The notes under the pieces: model-generated
The model's input: only the letters and a program-made list of their open reading frames with translations
What the model was told of the DNA's origin: nothing
The model's database searches: none
Shown here: piece after piece, positions 34,733-44,679 of the stretch
How the letters are laid out: the number at the start of each line of letters is the position of its first letter
How positions within the stretch are numbered: the first letter of the stretch is position 1
Program-made: the position numbers and the translations under genes
Source: Bryobacteraceae bacterium
GTDB taxonomy: Bacteria > Acidobacteriota > Terriglobia > Bryobacterales > Bryobacteraceae
DNA length: 64,000 nucleotides
Assembly (NCBI GenBank): GCA_035486095.1
Contig: DATHNM010000479.1
Coordinates: 18,004 to 82,003 of the forward strand
Direction of reading: 5' to 3'

Positions 34733-36505
34733 CTAGCGCGCCGGAGTAGTAGCTGTAACTTGGTTGCTCGGCCCCGACGTGACGCCTCTGGGATTATAAG
34801 ACTCAACTTCGAAATAATACGTAGTCGAAGCACGCACCGTGGCCGTGTAGGGTGGCCCCGATACGTTGGCGTGAATGGACAGCGACGTGGGCGAGGTGCC
34901 CTCTAGAATTCGGTATCCGCCTACGCCCCCGATCCCCGTGGAAGGTGTCCAACTGAGCGACACAGTGCCGGAGGTAACGGCGGTGACTTTCAGATTCGTG
35001 GGCACCGAAGGCGGCGTGATATCGATAGTTTCGATCACGAGTGGAGCCGACATGGCCGAGACATTTCCCGAGGCGTCCGTCGCGGAGAGAGTATAACTGT
35101 ACGTTTCCCCGGACACCAGTCCTTTATCGTTATAGCCCAGCAAGCTGGTGGTGCTCAAAAGAGTACCGTCACGATATAGGTTGTAGGCCGAGACGCCGAC
35201 ATTATCCGAGTCCGGCGTCCAGACCAGGTTGAATCCCGTGGTTCCAATCACGGGTGCCGTCGGGGGAGCCGGCGTAGAAGGAAGCGTGGTGTCGGCTGGG
35301 ATGTTGTCGGTTTCCCAGGCAAGTCCGGTGGGAGTAAACGCGCCCACCAGAACAGCGTTCGTCGCGGCAGAATCGGAGTCCTTCAAGATGGTGGCTTCCG
35401 CCAGCAAACCGTAGACGCTGTAATCCAGATACGCGAAAAAGTAGTGCACCGAAAAGGGCGATAGGAATGCCAGCTGCTTGTAATTGGCGAAATTTACCAC
35501 CGCTTGCAAAAATGAAGCGTCAATCGGTTGCCAGAAGCTGAAGGGGTCGCGGCCTTCGATCACGGCGTAGCCCACCTTGCCTACCTCAGAGTCTCGAATC
35601 TTCCAATCCCAGCACTCACTCATACCAACTTCCTTTCCGGCTGCGTGGATGGTGTCCGCCGCCGTGAGCGCGTTGGTGAAATAGGTCTTATTGATTGGAT
35701 ATATGTGCATGTCGACGAAGTCCATCTGCAGCGCCGCAAGAGCCGTGACATATTGCATGTAATTCGTGGTCCAAGTGCCGACACCTGCTCCGACCTTGAC
35801 GTTCTGCACCCCGGCCGTCTGCAAGGTTGTCAAAACCTGCTGGACCAGTTGAATCACCCCGGCCACCGTGTTGAGATTGGTCTGGCCGCTTACCGAAGCT
35901 TCGCTGTTTGATTCAGTCAGTACGGTCATGTAATCCGGGCTCAGTAATTGCGCCACGGCAAGGGCGTTGGCCGCGCGCCCTGCTACGTAATCAGTCCAAG
36001 ACAGGGTCTTGGCGTAAGCCTGAAAAACGGAAGCCTGGTTTCCAGTTAGCGGCAACCCGAGCGATGCTTCCACTACGATCTTCATGCCCCGGGCGCGAAT
36101 ATCCTGAAACAGCTGTTGATAAAAGCTGACAAACTGCTGGTATTGCGCGGGGTTGCCGCTATAGGTGTAAAAAGGCTGATAAAAAATCGGGAAGTTCAGG
36201 TGGATGGTGACCGCATTGGCTCCCAGGGCCTGCATCTCCTGCAGTTGCGTTGTCACTGTTCTGGTGTAGTAACTCGCCCCCAGCAGCGAAGTGTATTGAT
36301 CTGAGTTGGCGGTTGACAGTTGGGGAGCATCTAGATAGGGATACTTGCTTCCATTCCAGCCGGAGTTCACGGTGGCATCGAATGCGGCAATCTGCGTGGT
36401 CAAAGTGCTATAGACGTCTTGATACAGGGCCGGTACAGGTGGGGTTTGGGCGGCCAAAGACCCGGCTGTCAAGAACACTACGGACGCACAGATTTGTAAG
36501 CGCAT
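34733..36505 (-). CDS. Secreted TIM-barrel glycoside-hydrolase-like protein with two C-terminal FN3 domains (tandem paralog 1)
   Basis: Signal peptide. An alternating beta/alpha N-domain with candidate acid/base (MTVLTESNSE) and nucleophile (GMSECWDW) Glu residues. Two FN3 units (FNLVWTPDSDNVGVSAYNLYRDG...ETYSYTLSATDASGNVS; PTNLKVTAVTSGTVSLSWTP...YYFEVESYN). The GH call is weak; the FN3 call is strong. Confidence 0.5.
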   Translation of the reverse strand: MRLQICASVVFLTAGSLAAQTPPVPALYQDVYSTLTTQIAAFDATVNSGWNGSKYPYLDAPQLSTANSDQYTSLLGASYYTRTVTTQLQEMQALGANAVTIHLNFPIFYQPFYTYSGNPAQYQQFVSFYQQLFQDIRARGMKIVVEASLGLPLTGNQASVFQAYAKTLSWTDYVAGRAANALAVAQLLSPDYMTVLTESNSEASVSGQTNLNTVAGVIQLVQQVLTTLQTAGVQNVKVGAGVGTWTTNYMQYVTALAALQMDFVDMHIYPINKTYFTNALTAADTIHAAGKEVGMSECWDWKIRDSEVGKVGYAVIEGRDPFSFWQPIDASFLQAVVNFANYKQLAFLSPFSVHYFFAYLDYSVYGLLAEATILKDSDSAATNAVLVGAFTPTGLAWETDNIPADTTLPSTPAPPTAPVIGTTGFNLVWTPDSDNVGVSAYNLYRDGTLLSTTSLLGYNDKGLVSGETYSYTLSATDASGNVSAMSAPLVIETIDITPPSVPTNLKVTAVTSGTVSLSWTPSTGIGGVGGYRILEGTSPTSLSIHANVSGPPYTATVRASTTYYFEVESYNPRGVTSGPSNQVTATTPAR

Positions 36506-36673
36506 GCAATCTTTTCCTATTGTGGTTTAACGTTATGTAGCATTGCCCCAGCTAATGTGTCAACTAATAAAAGCGCGGTCGCGGTCTTTTTACGGGGAAC
36601 TCAGGATTATATGTAAGATGTAATTCGTTCGCGCATCCGTTCCGGCAGTTCTAGTCGGGTGAGCCGTACTGGT

Positions 36674-38452
36674 TTATTCCGCGGGAGTAGTGACCGTGAT
36701 TTCGTTGCTTGGTCCGGACGTGACTCCGATTGGGTTGTATGACTCCACTTGGTAATAGTAAGTTGTCGAGGGACGGGCATAGGGATCGGTGTAAGGCGGG
36801 GCCGTGACGTCGGCGTGGATGGACATGGACCCCGGCGCGGTGCCTCGTAAAACCCGATATCCTCCCACACCTCCAATTCCCGTGGAGAGGTTCCACTTCA
36901 ATGTGACGGAGGTGGATGTGTCGGCGGTCTTTACCAGATTAGTGGGAACCGAAGGCGCGGTAGTGTCGATGGTTTCCACTACCAAGGGAGCAGATCTGGC
37001 TGATACATTCCCGGAGGCGTCCACCGCCGATAGTTTATAGGTGTAGGTTTCCCCGGGGACCAGGCCGTTATCGTAATAGACCAGCCCGCTGGTGGTGCCT
37101 ATCATGGTCCCGTCGCGAATTACTCGATAGGAAGAGACGCCGACATTGTCGGTGTCCGCCGTCCATGCCAGATTGAAACCAGTGCTTCCGATCACAGGCG
37201 CCGTGGGCGCGGCCGGGGTGGCAGGGGGAGTGGTGTCTGTCGGGATGTTCTGACGTTCCCAGGCGTGTCCGGTGGGCGTAATGTCACCGGCTTGAACGGC
37301 GGTGCTCGAAATCGAGCTGGCATCCGACAAGATGGTGTCGAGGGGCAGCAACCCGTAGGTGTTGTAGTCCAGATAAGAGAAAAAGTAGCGCGTCCAGAAT
37401 GGTGATACGAAGGCGAGCTGTTTGTAATTCGCGAAATTCACGATGGCCCGAAGAAATGCGACATCCACCGGTTCCCAGAAGCTGAAGGGATCGCGGCTCA
37501 TGATGGTCGCGTAATCAATCACGCCCAGCTCGTTGTCTCGAATTTTGAAATCCCAGCACTCGCTCATCCCCACTTGCTTGCCAGCGGCATGAATCGTGTC
37601 CGCCGCAGTGAGTGCGGCGGTGAAGAAGCCCTTGTTTATCGGATAGATGTGCATGTCGACGAAGTTTAGTTCCGGCATGCTGGCATAGGCCTGCACGTAT
37701 TGCATATAGTTCTTGGTCCAGGTTCCTGCGCCCGCTCCGATCTGGATGTTTTTCACCTTAGCCTGTTGCAGCGCGTTGAGAATCTGCTGCACTAGCTGCG
37801 TTGTGCCTGTGACGGTGTCCAGGTTGGTCTGGCCGCTCGCTGTCGCCTCGGTGTCCGGCTCGCCCATCACCACCAGGTAATCCGGTTCAATAAGCTGCGC
37901 CACTGCCAAGACGTTGGCCACGCGTCCGGCCATGTACTGAGACCAGGAGAGGGTCTTTAAGTAAGGCTGATACACCGGGAACTGATTTCCGGTTAACGGC
38001 ATTCCGAGCGCCGCTTCAATCACCAGTTTCATTCCCCGGGCCCGAATATCCTGAGCCAGTTGCTGGTAGAAGCTCACGAACTGTTGGTACTCCGCCTGTT
38101 CGCCTAAATAGGTGTAGAAGGGTTGATAGAACGTCGGGAAGTTGATATGAACGGTCACCGCATTAGCCCCCAGGGCCTGCAGTTCGCTCAGCTGTTCCGT
38201 CACCGCGCCGGAGTAGTAGTTGGCTGACAACAGCTGGGTGTATTGGTCAGAACCCGCGGCCAGCAATTGCGGCGCGTCCAGATAGGGGTACTTACTTCCG
38301 TTCCAGCCTGAATTCATTTGCGTCTCGAAGCCCGTGATCTGCGTGTTCAAGGTGTTATAGAGATCCTGAAACACAACGGGTACGGGTGGGGCCTGGGCCG
38401 CCAACGAATGGGCAGTAAGCAATACGGCAAAGGTAAGAATATTAAAACGCAT
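36674..38452 (-). CDS. Secreted TIM-barrel glycoside-hydrolase-like protein with two FN3 domains (tandem paralog 2)
   Basis: Collinear with 34733..36505 over the full length (VVMGEPDTE, GMSECWDF, FNLAWTADTDNVGVSSYRVIRDG, YYYQVESYN). The start is moved to ATG 38452 (MRFNILTFAVLLTAHSLAAQ) by analogy with the paralog. Confidence 0.5.
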   Translation of the reverse strand: MRFNILTFAVLLTAHSLAAQAPPVPVVFQDLYNTLNTQITGFETQMNSGWNGSKYPYLDAPQLLAAGSDQYTQLLSANYYSGAVTEQLSELQALGANAVTVHINFPTFYQPFYTYLGEQAEYQQFVSFYQQLAQDIRARGMKLVIEAALGMPLTGNQFPVYQPYLKTLSWSQYMAGRVANVLAVAQLIEPDYLVVMGEPDTEATASGQTNLDTVTGTTQLVQQILNALQQAKVKNIQIGAGAGTWTKNYMQYVQAYASMPELNFVDMHIYPINKGFFTAALTAADTIHAAGKQVGMSECWDFKIRDNELGVIDYATIMSRDPFSFWEPVDVAFLRAIVNFANYKQLAFVSPFWTRYFFSYLDYNTYGLLPLDTILSDASSISSTAVQAGDITPTGHAWERQNIPTDTTPPATPAAPTAPVIGSTGFNLAWTADTDNVGVSSYRVIRDGTMIGTTSGLVYYDNGLVPGETYTYKLSAVDASGNVSARSAPLVVETIDTTAPSVPTNLVKTADTSTSVTLKWNLSTGIGGVGGYRVLRGTAPGSMSIHADVTAPPYTDPYARPSTTYYYQVESYNPIGVTSGPSNEITVTTPAE

Positions 38453-38815
38453 TGTAGATCCTGGTGTGATTTTTCTAGGCACGCTCTCGGGTCAAAACTG
38501 GCGCTGTCAGGCGGCGCGTTGCCGGCCAAGTGCGAATACAACACCACCGACCTTCCGGACCGTCTTGACAGGACCTGCCAAGCCTTAGGCCGGTGAATCG
38601 GCAGAAAAACGACTAGACTTCAGTACCGAACTAATAGGAGTACTGGTATTGTACCGCACACTCACTGGGAGATGCCTGGAAAGCTTTGCGCACTGGGTAT
38701 TCGCTCTTGGCAATGAACGCTGTAAATCGTTGAGTATAGAGCGAAAGTACTGGTACGTTATGCCTGGTACGGGTGCAAAAGTTTTCCGTATACTAGGTGA
38801 ACCTCTTCTTTTTTA

Positions 38816-40519
38816 ATGGCCTCTATCAGCCGTTCCAACGGTCGTAGAGGGAGTCGGAGTGATATGAGATCTGAGCTCAAACGGAGCCTCGGGCCGGCGT
38901 TGCTGTGCTCATTGACGCTCCTCTGCGCCATGTCGACGAAGGTATCGGCGCAAACCCTGCTTACCCATCATTTGCGCAAAGAAGTAGCCAGCGGCGAAGC
39001 ATCCTTCGTACATCTTCTGCCGGTCAATCAGACTCTGCGATTGGATATCGCTCTTCCGCTGCGTAACCGGGACGAACTGGAGGATCTGGCGCAGCAGATT
39101 TACGATCCCCAAAGCCCGTTGTTCCACCAATACCTCAGCGTGGCGGAGTTCACGGAACGGTTCGGTCCCACCGAGGAAGATTACGCCGCAGTGATGCGGT
39201 TCGCGGAACGGAATGGATTGACGGTCACCAGCACATCCCGCAATCGAGTACTCCTGAGCGTCAGGGGCTCGGTGCGGAATATCGAAAGAGCCTTCCAGGT
39301 GACCATGGCTTCTTATCGGCACCCTACGGAATCGCGCGTATTTTATGCGCCAGACCGGGAACCTTCTCCGGCGGGCCTGGCAGTGCCGCTGTGGCACGTT
39401 GCCGGCCTGGATAATTTCTCCATCCCGCGCCCCGCCAGTCTGCGGAGAAATACGGAAGTGACCAGCGACGCCCTCACCGGTTCAGCGCCGGGCGGAAATT
39501 TTTGGGGCAGCGATATCCGCGCGGCCTACTATGGCGGCGTTCAGCTTACCGGGGCCAGCCAGGTGGTGGGGTTGCTGGAATTCGGCGGCTACAATATGTC
39601 GGACGTGCAGGCCTATTTCACCAAAGCAGGCCAGCCATTAAACGTGCCCGTGAAAGCCGTCTCAACGGATGGATCGCCGGTAACCTGCACGGGAACTTGC
39701 GACGATTCCGAACAGGCGTTGGATATTGAACAGGCCATCTCCATGGCGCCGGGCTTAATCCAGGTACGCGTTTATGTCGCGCGGGCCAGCGACCTCAGCG
39801 TCTTTAACCAGATGGCTACCGAGAACTACGCCAAGTCATTGAGTTGCTCCTGGGGCTGGAGTCCGCCCGATCCAACTGTCGATGACCCCATATTCCTTGA
39901 ATTCGCGGTACAGGGTCAGACGCTATTTGTTTCTTCTGGCGACAAGGGCGCCTACGGCTCTGGCGCCCTGGGGACCTTGAATCTGTATCCGGCCTTCGAT
40001 TGGTACGTGACAGCGGTGGGCGGCACGGTTCTCACCACCCACGGCCCTGGCGGCGCCTGGAAATCGGAAACTGCGTGGAGTGAAAGCGGCGGCGGGATTG
40101 CTCCAGACATCACGCTTCCCAAGTATCAGAAACTCACCGGCGTGATCACGCAGGCAAATCAGGGCTCGCTGACCATGCGGAATTGCCCGGACGTGGCCAT
40201 GGAAGCGAACACCGACAATTACATCTGCTACAACGGCATTTGCACCGGCGGGTGGGGCGGTACCAGTTTCGCGGCGCCGCGCTGGGCGGCTTTCCTGGCG
40301 TTGCTCAATGAACAGAGAACCGTAAACGGCAAGCAGCCCATCGGGTTCATCAACAATCGCATTTATGCCATTGGCACCGGGTCAGGCTACAGCAGCTTCT
40401 TTCACGACATCACCAGCGGCACTAACGGCAAGTTTTCGGCGGAGACCGGCTACGACTTGGTAACTGGCTGGGGCAGTCCGAATAGCGCCGGTGTGTTCGA
40501 AACGTCCCTGTCAAAATAG
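38816..40519 (+). CDS. S53-family serine peptidase (sedolisin/kumamolisin-like) with pro-domain
   Basis: Pro-kumamolisin-type activation domain (LEDLAQQIYDPQSPLFHQYLSVAEFTERFGPTEEDYAAVMRFAERNGLTV). Catalytic region with DIEQAISMAPG, SSGDKGAYG and the Ser motif GGTSFAAPRWAAF (Ser codon 40265-40267). Confidence 0.85.
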   Translation: MASISRSNGRRGSRSDMRSELKRSLGPALLCSLTLLCAMSTKVSAQTLLTHHLRKEVASGEASFVHLLPVNQTLRLDIALPLRNRDELEDLAQQIYDPQSPLFHQYLSVAEFTERFGPTEEDYAAVMRFAERNGLTVTSTSRNRVLLSVRGSVRNIERAFQVTMASYRHPTESRVFYAPDREPSPAGLAVPLWHVAGLDNFSIPRPASLRRNTEVTSDALTGSAPGGNFWGSDIRAAYYGGVQLTGASQVVGLLEFGGYNMSDVQAYFTKAGQPLNVPVKAVSTDGSPVTCTGTCDDSEQALDIEQAISMAPGLIQVRVYVARASDLSVFNQMATENYAKSLSCSWGWSPPDPTVDDPIFLEFAVQGQTLFVSSGDKGAYGSGALGTLNLYPAFDWYVTAVGGTVLTTHGPGGAWKSETAWSESGGGIAPDITLPKYQKLTGVITQANQGSLTMRNCPDVAMEANTDNYICYNGICTGGWGGTSFAAPRWAAFLALLNEQRTVNGKQPIGFINNRIYAIGTGSGYSSFFHDITSGTNGKFSAETGYDLVTGWGSPNSAGVFETSLSK

Positions 40520-40730
40520 CCGCAGCGGTGGGACCATCGGTAGCGATGAAACTCACGCTGCAATCTGGCTTGCTGCTGCCGGCCGGCGCCGGGACCAGCG
40601 CAGACCGCTTCGTCCGCATGGTTTATTCGCAACCGCAGGCCGGCAAGTAAGGACTCGACCTGCGTATCTCGCAAGATGCCGGGCTGGATTACCGCCAGAC
40701 TTCTTTTGCGATAGACTCGGTTGCTTACTC

Positions 40731-42521
40731 ATGTCTATTTCCGCGGCGCAAAGATTCGGGGCCATCATCCTGCTGACGGCGGGCTCCGCCTGGCCCCAGA
40801 TCGATTTGGGCGGCGAGTGGGCCGCCACCTTCCATGAAGACCTGCAGCATCGCGGGGGCGTAAGGTTGGGCGACTATACCGGGCTGCCGCTCAACGAATC
40901 GGGTTGGCGCAAGGCGCAGAGCTGGGACGAATCGGCTCGCTCTACTTTCGAGCGCCAATGCATCCCCCACGTGGTCACCTACGCGATGCGTGGTCCGGCG
41001 AACATTCGCTTCTCGAAGGTCGTCGACCCGGTGTCGGGAGAGCTGCAGGCTTACAGCTTACTAGGCAGTTATGGACGGCCCCGCACCATCTGGATGGACG
41101 GCCGCGAGCATCCTTCTCCACTTGCGCCGCACACCTGGGCCGGTTTCTCTACCGGACACTGGGAACGAAACATGCTCGTAGTGGAAACCACGCATATCAA
41201 GACGGGCTGGCTGCTGCGCAACGGCGCGCCTACCAGCGACCTGGCAACGATGACCGAATATTACACGCGCTACGGCAACTATCTGATGCTGGCCAGCTTC
41301 GTGAACGATCCCGTCTACCTGGATGAGCCCTTCATCCGGACTTCGAACTTTGTGCTGAGCCAGACCACCAGTGCCGACGCCTGGGGAAACTGCGGGCCGG
41401 CGCAGATCATCGACGAACTGGGCGGCCGTCCCAAAGGCTGGGTGGCGCATTACCTTCCCGGCCAGACGGCGCACGTCCAGGAGTTCCTTACCAAGAGCGG
41501 AGTTCCAGCAGAAGGGGCGCGAGGCGGTGGGGCCACTACCTATCCCGAATACATCGCGAAATTGGAAAAGAACGATTTGGACAACCGCATCTTCCCTCCG
41601 CCCACGCCGGGCAAAAGCTTTCCTCGCGTGATTTCTCCCGAAACCACCGATCCGCAAGGCGAGATCAGCGTGCTGCCGGTTCAGGGAAACCTGTACATGC
41701 TCTCGGGCGCGGGCGCCAACATGGCCGTCCAGGTGGGCGAAGACGGAGTCCTGCTGGTGGACACGGGCGATGGCAAAGCCAGCGACAAGGTGATCGCGGC
41801 CATCCGGAAATTGTCCAACAAACCAATTCGCTTCATTGTGGACACCAGCGTAGATGCGGATCACATGGGGGGCAACGAACGTCTGGCCGCACTCGGGAAA
41901 GCCCCTGGTGGCGGACGGGCCAGTGACAGTGGGGGCCCCGGCGCGATGGTGTTTGCGCAGGAAGCAGTGCTGGCCGCGGTGAGCGCGCCCAGCGGCCAGA
42001 AGGCGCCCTTGCCCGTTGGCGCGTGGCCCACCGAATCCTATCCGGATTGGAAGGAACTATCGCTGAACAACGAAGCGATTCAGATTTTCCACGTGCCCGC
42101 CGCACATACCGATGGCGACAGCCTGGTGTTCTTCCGGCGTTCCGATGTCATTGTCACCGGCGACATATTCGGGACCAATACTTTTCCGGTGATCAACAAA
42201 GGCGGCAGCATCAACGGCGTAATTGACGGCTTGAACCGCATAATCGAGATCACCATCCCGAAGGACTGGCAGGAAGGCGGGACCATGGTTATCCCCGGAC
42301 ACGGGCGCATCTGCGACGAGGCCGACGTAGTGGAATACCGGGACATGGTCACTATCATCCGCGATCGGATTCAGGACTCCATCAAGAAGGGCATGACACT
42401 CGATCAGGTGAAGACTTCGCGGCCCACGCTAGAGTACGACTCGCGTTACGGATCAGACAGCGGGCCCTGGACCACGTCGATGTTTATCGAGGCCGTGTAT
42501 CGTAGCCTGGCGGGGAAATGA
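40731..42521 (+). CDS. Fusion protein: 'type A' unknown domain plus atypical MBL-fold domain (single ORF equivalent to 3011..3949 plus 3946..4887)
   Basis: Start at ATG 40731 (MSISAAQRFGAIILLTAGSAWPQ, a signal peptide). N-half: TIWMDGREHPSPLAPHTWAGFSTGHWERNMLVVETTHIKTGWLLRNG. Pro-rich linker: NRIFPPPTPGKSFPRVISPETTDPQ. C-half: VLLVDTG, TSVDADH (41847-41864), AHTDGDS, VIPGHGR. Confidence 0.85.
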   Translation: MSISAAQRFGAIILLTAGSAWPQIDLGGEWAATFHEDLQHRGGVRLGDYTGLPLNESGWRKAQSWDESARSTFERQCIPHVVTYAMRGPANIRFSKVVDPVSGELQAYSLLGSYGRPRTIWMDGREHPSPLAPHTWAGFSTGHWERNMLVVETTHIKTGWLLRNGAPTSDLATMTEYYTRYGNYLMLASFVNDPVYLDEPFIRTSNFVLSQTTSADAWGNCGPAQIIDELGGRPKGWVAHYLPGQTAHVQEFLTKSGVPAEGARGGGATTYPEYIAKLEKNDLDNRIFPPPTPGKSFPRVISPETTDPQGEISVLPVQGNLYMLSGAGANMAVQVGEDGVLLVDTGDGKASDKVIAAIRKLSNKPIRFIVDTSVDADHMGGNERLAALGKAPGGGRASDSGGPGAMVFAQEAVLAAVSAPSGQKAPLPVGAWPTESYPDWKELSLNNEAIQIFHVPAAHTDGDSLVFFRRSDVIVTGDIFGTNTFPVINKGGSINGVIDGLNRIIEITIPKDWQEGGTMVIPGHGRICDEADVVEYRDMVTIIRDRIQDSIKKGMTLDQVKTSRPTLEYDSRYGSDSGPWTTSMFIEAVYRSLAGK

Positions 42522-43291
42522 GTATGCGAATGGCGCTTGCGGCATTACTCATGTTGGCGCTGGGAGCACCGGCTACTCCGCAAACACCGGCGGCGGCGCC
42601 GGCTCCTAAAACTCCGAAGGATGCCGCTCCCATCGATCTGACGGGCAATTGGGTTTCAGTGGTCACGGAAGACTGGCGCTGGCGCATGCTGATCCCGAAG
42701 AAAGGCGACTATACCAGCGTCCCGGTGAGTGCCGAGGGACGCAAGCTGGCGGATGCATGGGACCCCTCCCAGTTGGCAACCGATGGCTGCAAGGCCTATG
42801 GCGCGGCGGCGCTGATGCGCGTGCCGGGGCGGCTGCAGATTACCTGGGAGAACGAGAGCACCCTGCGAATCGATACCGATGCGGGCCAGCAAACGCGGCG
42901 GCTCTATTTTAATAAGGCGCAAAAGCCGCAGTCCCAACGGACGTGGCAGGGGAATTCGGCGGCCGAATGGGACCGCATAACGCAGCCCGGCGGCCTGGGC
43001 GTGAGTCTGCAACAAGGACTGGGCAAGCCCGGTGCGCTCAAAGTGATCACTACGAATCTCAAGGCCGGATATCTGCGTAAGAACGGCGTCCCTTACAGCG
43101 AAGATACCGTGATGACGGAATACTTCGATCGGCTGTCGGCCTATGGAACAGACTGGTTGACGGTGTTCACCATCGTGGAAGATCCGCACTACTTGAACCA
43201 GCCGTTCATCACCAGCACGCATTTCAAGCGCGAGCCCGACCGGTCAAAGTGGGCGCCCTCGCCCTGTGAGCAGGGCGCGAGCAGCAAGTAA
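42518..43291 (+). CDS. Secreted 'type C' family member (paralog of 4884..5699)
   Basis: IDLTGNWVSVVTEDWRWRML, ALKVITTNLKAGYLRKNGVPYS and IVEDPHYLNQPFITSTHFKREPDRSKWAPSPC. ATGA overlap with the upstream gene. Confidence 0.8.
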   Translation: MSMRMALAALLMLALGAPATPQTPAAAPAPKTPKDAAPIDLTGNWVSVVTEDWRWRMLIPKKGDYTSVPVSAEGRKLADAWDPSQLATDGCKAYGAAALMRVPGRLQITWENESTLRIDTDAGQQTRRLYFNKAQKPQSQRTWQGNSAAEWDRITQPGGLGVSLQQGLGKPGALKVITTNLKAGYLRKNGVPYSEDTVMTEYFDRLSAYGTDWLTVFTIVEDPHYLNQPFITSTHFKREPDRSKWAPSPCEQGASSK

Positions 43292-43347
43292 CTCTTGAGA
43301 ATCCCCGTATCGGTGGGCCGCTGCACGACGAGGAATGAGGAGGTTTC

Positions 43348-44661
43348 ATGCAACGAATTTGGATTATTTTTCCCGGCATCCTGCTACTTGCGTCGCTTGG
43401 GAACGCAGCTTCACCCGACGGTCCGACTGTCAAACGATTCTTGACCAAACCGCTGGTAATTGAAGACCAGGGCAGCTTCTTCATTGGCGGCGTGCCGAAA
43501 GTAACTCAATACGCCACTGTGCCCGCTCCGGGCGCAGCCAGTCAAGAGCTGGTCACCGACCAGATCACGATCGGCCAGATGTACGTGCAGTTCGAGATAC
43601 CGCAAAACAAGAAGCGGCGTATGCCGCCGGTGATTATGGTGCACGGGTCCAGCCATACGGCAGCCTGTCTGGAATCGACGCCGGACGGGCGCGAAGGCTG
43701 GTATCCCTACTTTGTGCGCAAGGGCATTTCCACCTACCTGGTGGATCAGGCGGGACGCGGGCGCTCCGGATTCGATGAATCGGTCATCCATGAGGCCGCG
43801 GCCATGATCAAGAGTGGAGATGTTCAGAGCGGCTTGCGCACCATTCCCTCCTTTGGAAGGATTACCGACAATGGCGCCTGGACCAGATGGTTCGGCCACC
43901 TGATCCCGGACGGTTCCACCATTCTCACTGGCAAGCTGATCCAGCATGGCGATCCAGGCGACCCTCCCAGCGATGACGCGCTGCACACCGACGACTATCG
44001 TCCGGCGTATCCCTTTACGGCGGTGGACGCGAACATAGCCGCGCGCACCGGAGCCATCGCTCAGTCGCCCGCGGGCCCGAACAATTACTACGCTCTCGAA
44101 TACTACAAGCAGTTGGTCCCTAATTCAGAGGTGACGCTTCCCAGTTCGGTGTGCGCCACTTGCGATCCCAAAGAGATTATTCCAGCCAATACCTGGACGC
44201 CGCAGGATCTTGCGCTACTGGTCGAAAAGCTGGGTGGAGCAATCGTGGTGACGCATTCTCAATCCGGAATCATGGGGCACCACATGGCGCGAATTCTGAA
44301 GGAAAGGGGCCATCTGGATCTGCTGAAGGGTTTGATCACCATCGAAGGCTCCTGCTCATTTCCCAACAGCGGACTGAAAGCCGAAGATTTCGACACCATC
44401 CCTTACTTGGCCTTGAAGGGAGACTACACCGCCACCAGCGAGGTTTGCCAGACGTCGGTGAACGAAATCAATGCTCGGCGTAAGAGCGGCCACGGAGCGG
44501 CGAAAGCGGACTACATTAAGCTGGACGAATTGGGCAATCCGGTGTTCAAGGGCACCACCCACATGATGATGCTGGGCACCAACAATCTGGAAGTGGCGGA
44601 CGTGCTGCTGAATTGGGTGGACGAAAACATCGGGCCCAAGAACGCAAAGCACGGGAAATAA
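43348..44661 (+). CDS. Secreted alpha/beta-hydrolase-fold esterase-like protein
   Basis: Signal peptide MQRIWIIFPGILLLASLGNA. PPVIMVHGSSHTAA. Nucleophile elbow VTHSQSGIMG. Confidence 0.7.
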   Translation: MQRIWIIFPGILLLASLGNAASPDGPTVKRFLTKPLVIEDQGSFFIGGVPKVTQYATVPAPGAASQELVTDQITIGQMYVQFEIPQNKKRRMPPVIMVHGSSHTAACLESTPDGREGWYPYFVRKGISTYLVDQAGRGRSGFDESVIHEAAAMIKSGDVQSGLRTIPSFGRITDNGAWTRWFGHLIPDGSTILTGKLIQHGDPGDPPSDDALHTDDYRPAYPFTAVDANIAARTGAIAQSPAGPNNYYALEYYKQLVPNSEVTLPSSVCATCDPKEIIPANTWTPQDLALLVEKLGGAIVVTHSQSGIMGHHMARILKERGHLDLLKGLITIEGSCSFPNSGLKAEDFDTIPYLALKGDYTATSEVCQTSVNEINARRKSGHGAAKADYIKLDELGNPVFKGTTHMMMLGTNNLEVADVLLNWVDENIGPKNAKHGK

Positions 44662-44679
44662 TCGGCGGAAGAATTAAAC

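Noticed and set aside
40491-40730. 80-aa N-terminal extension of the fusion ORF as listed in the track.
   Set aside because: It overlaps the end of the sedolisin gene (stop 40519), is Arg-rich, and precedes a perfect signal peptide starting at ATG 40731. The shorter start is much more plausible.
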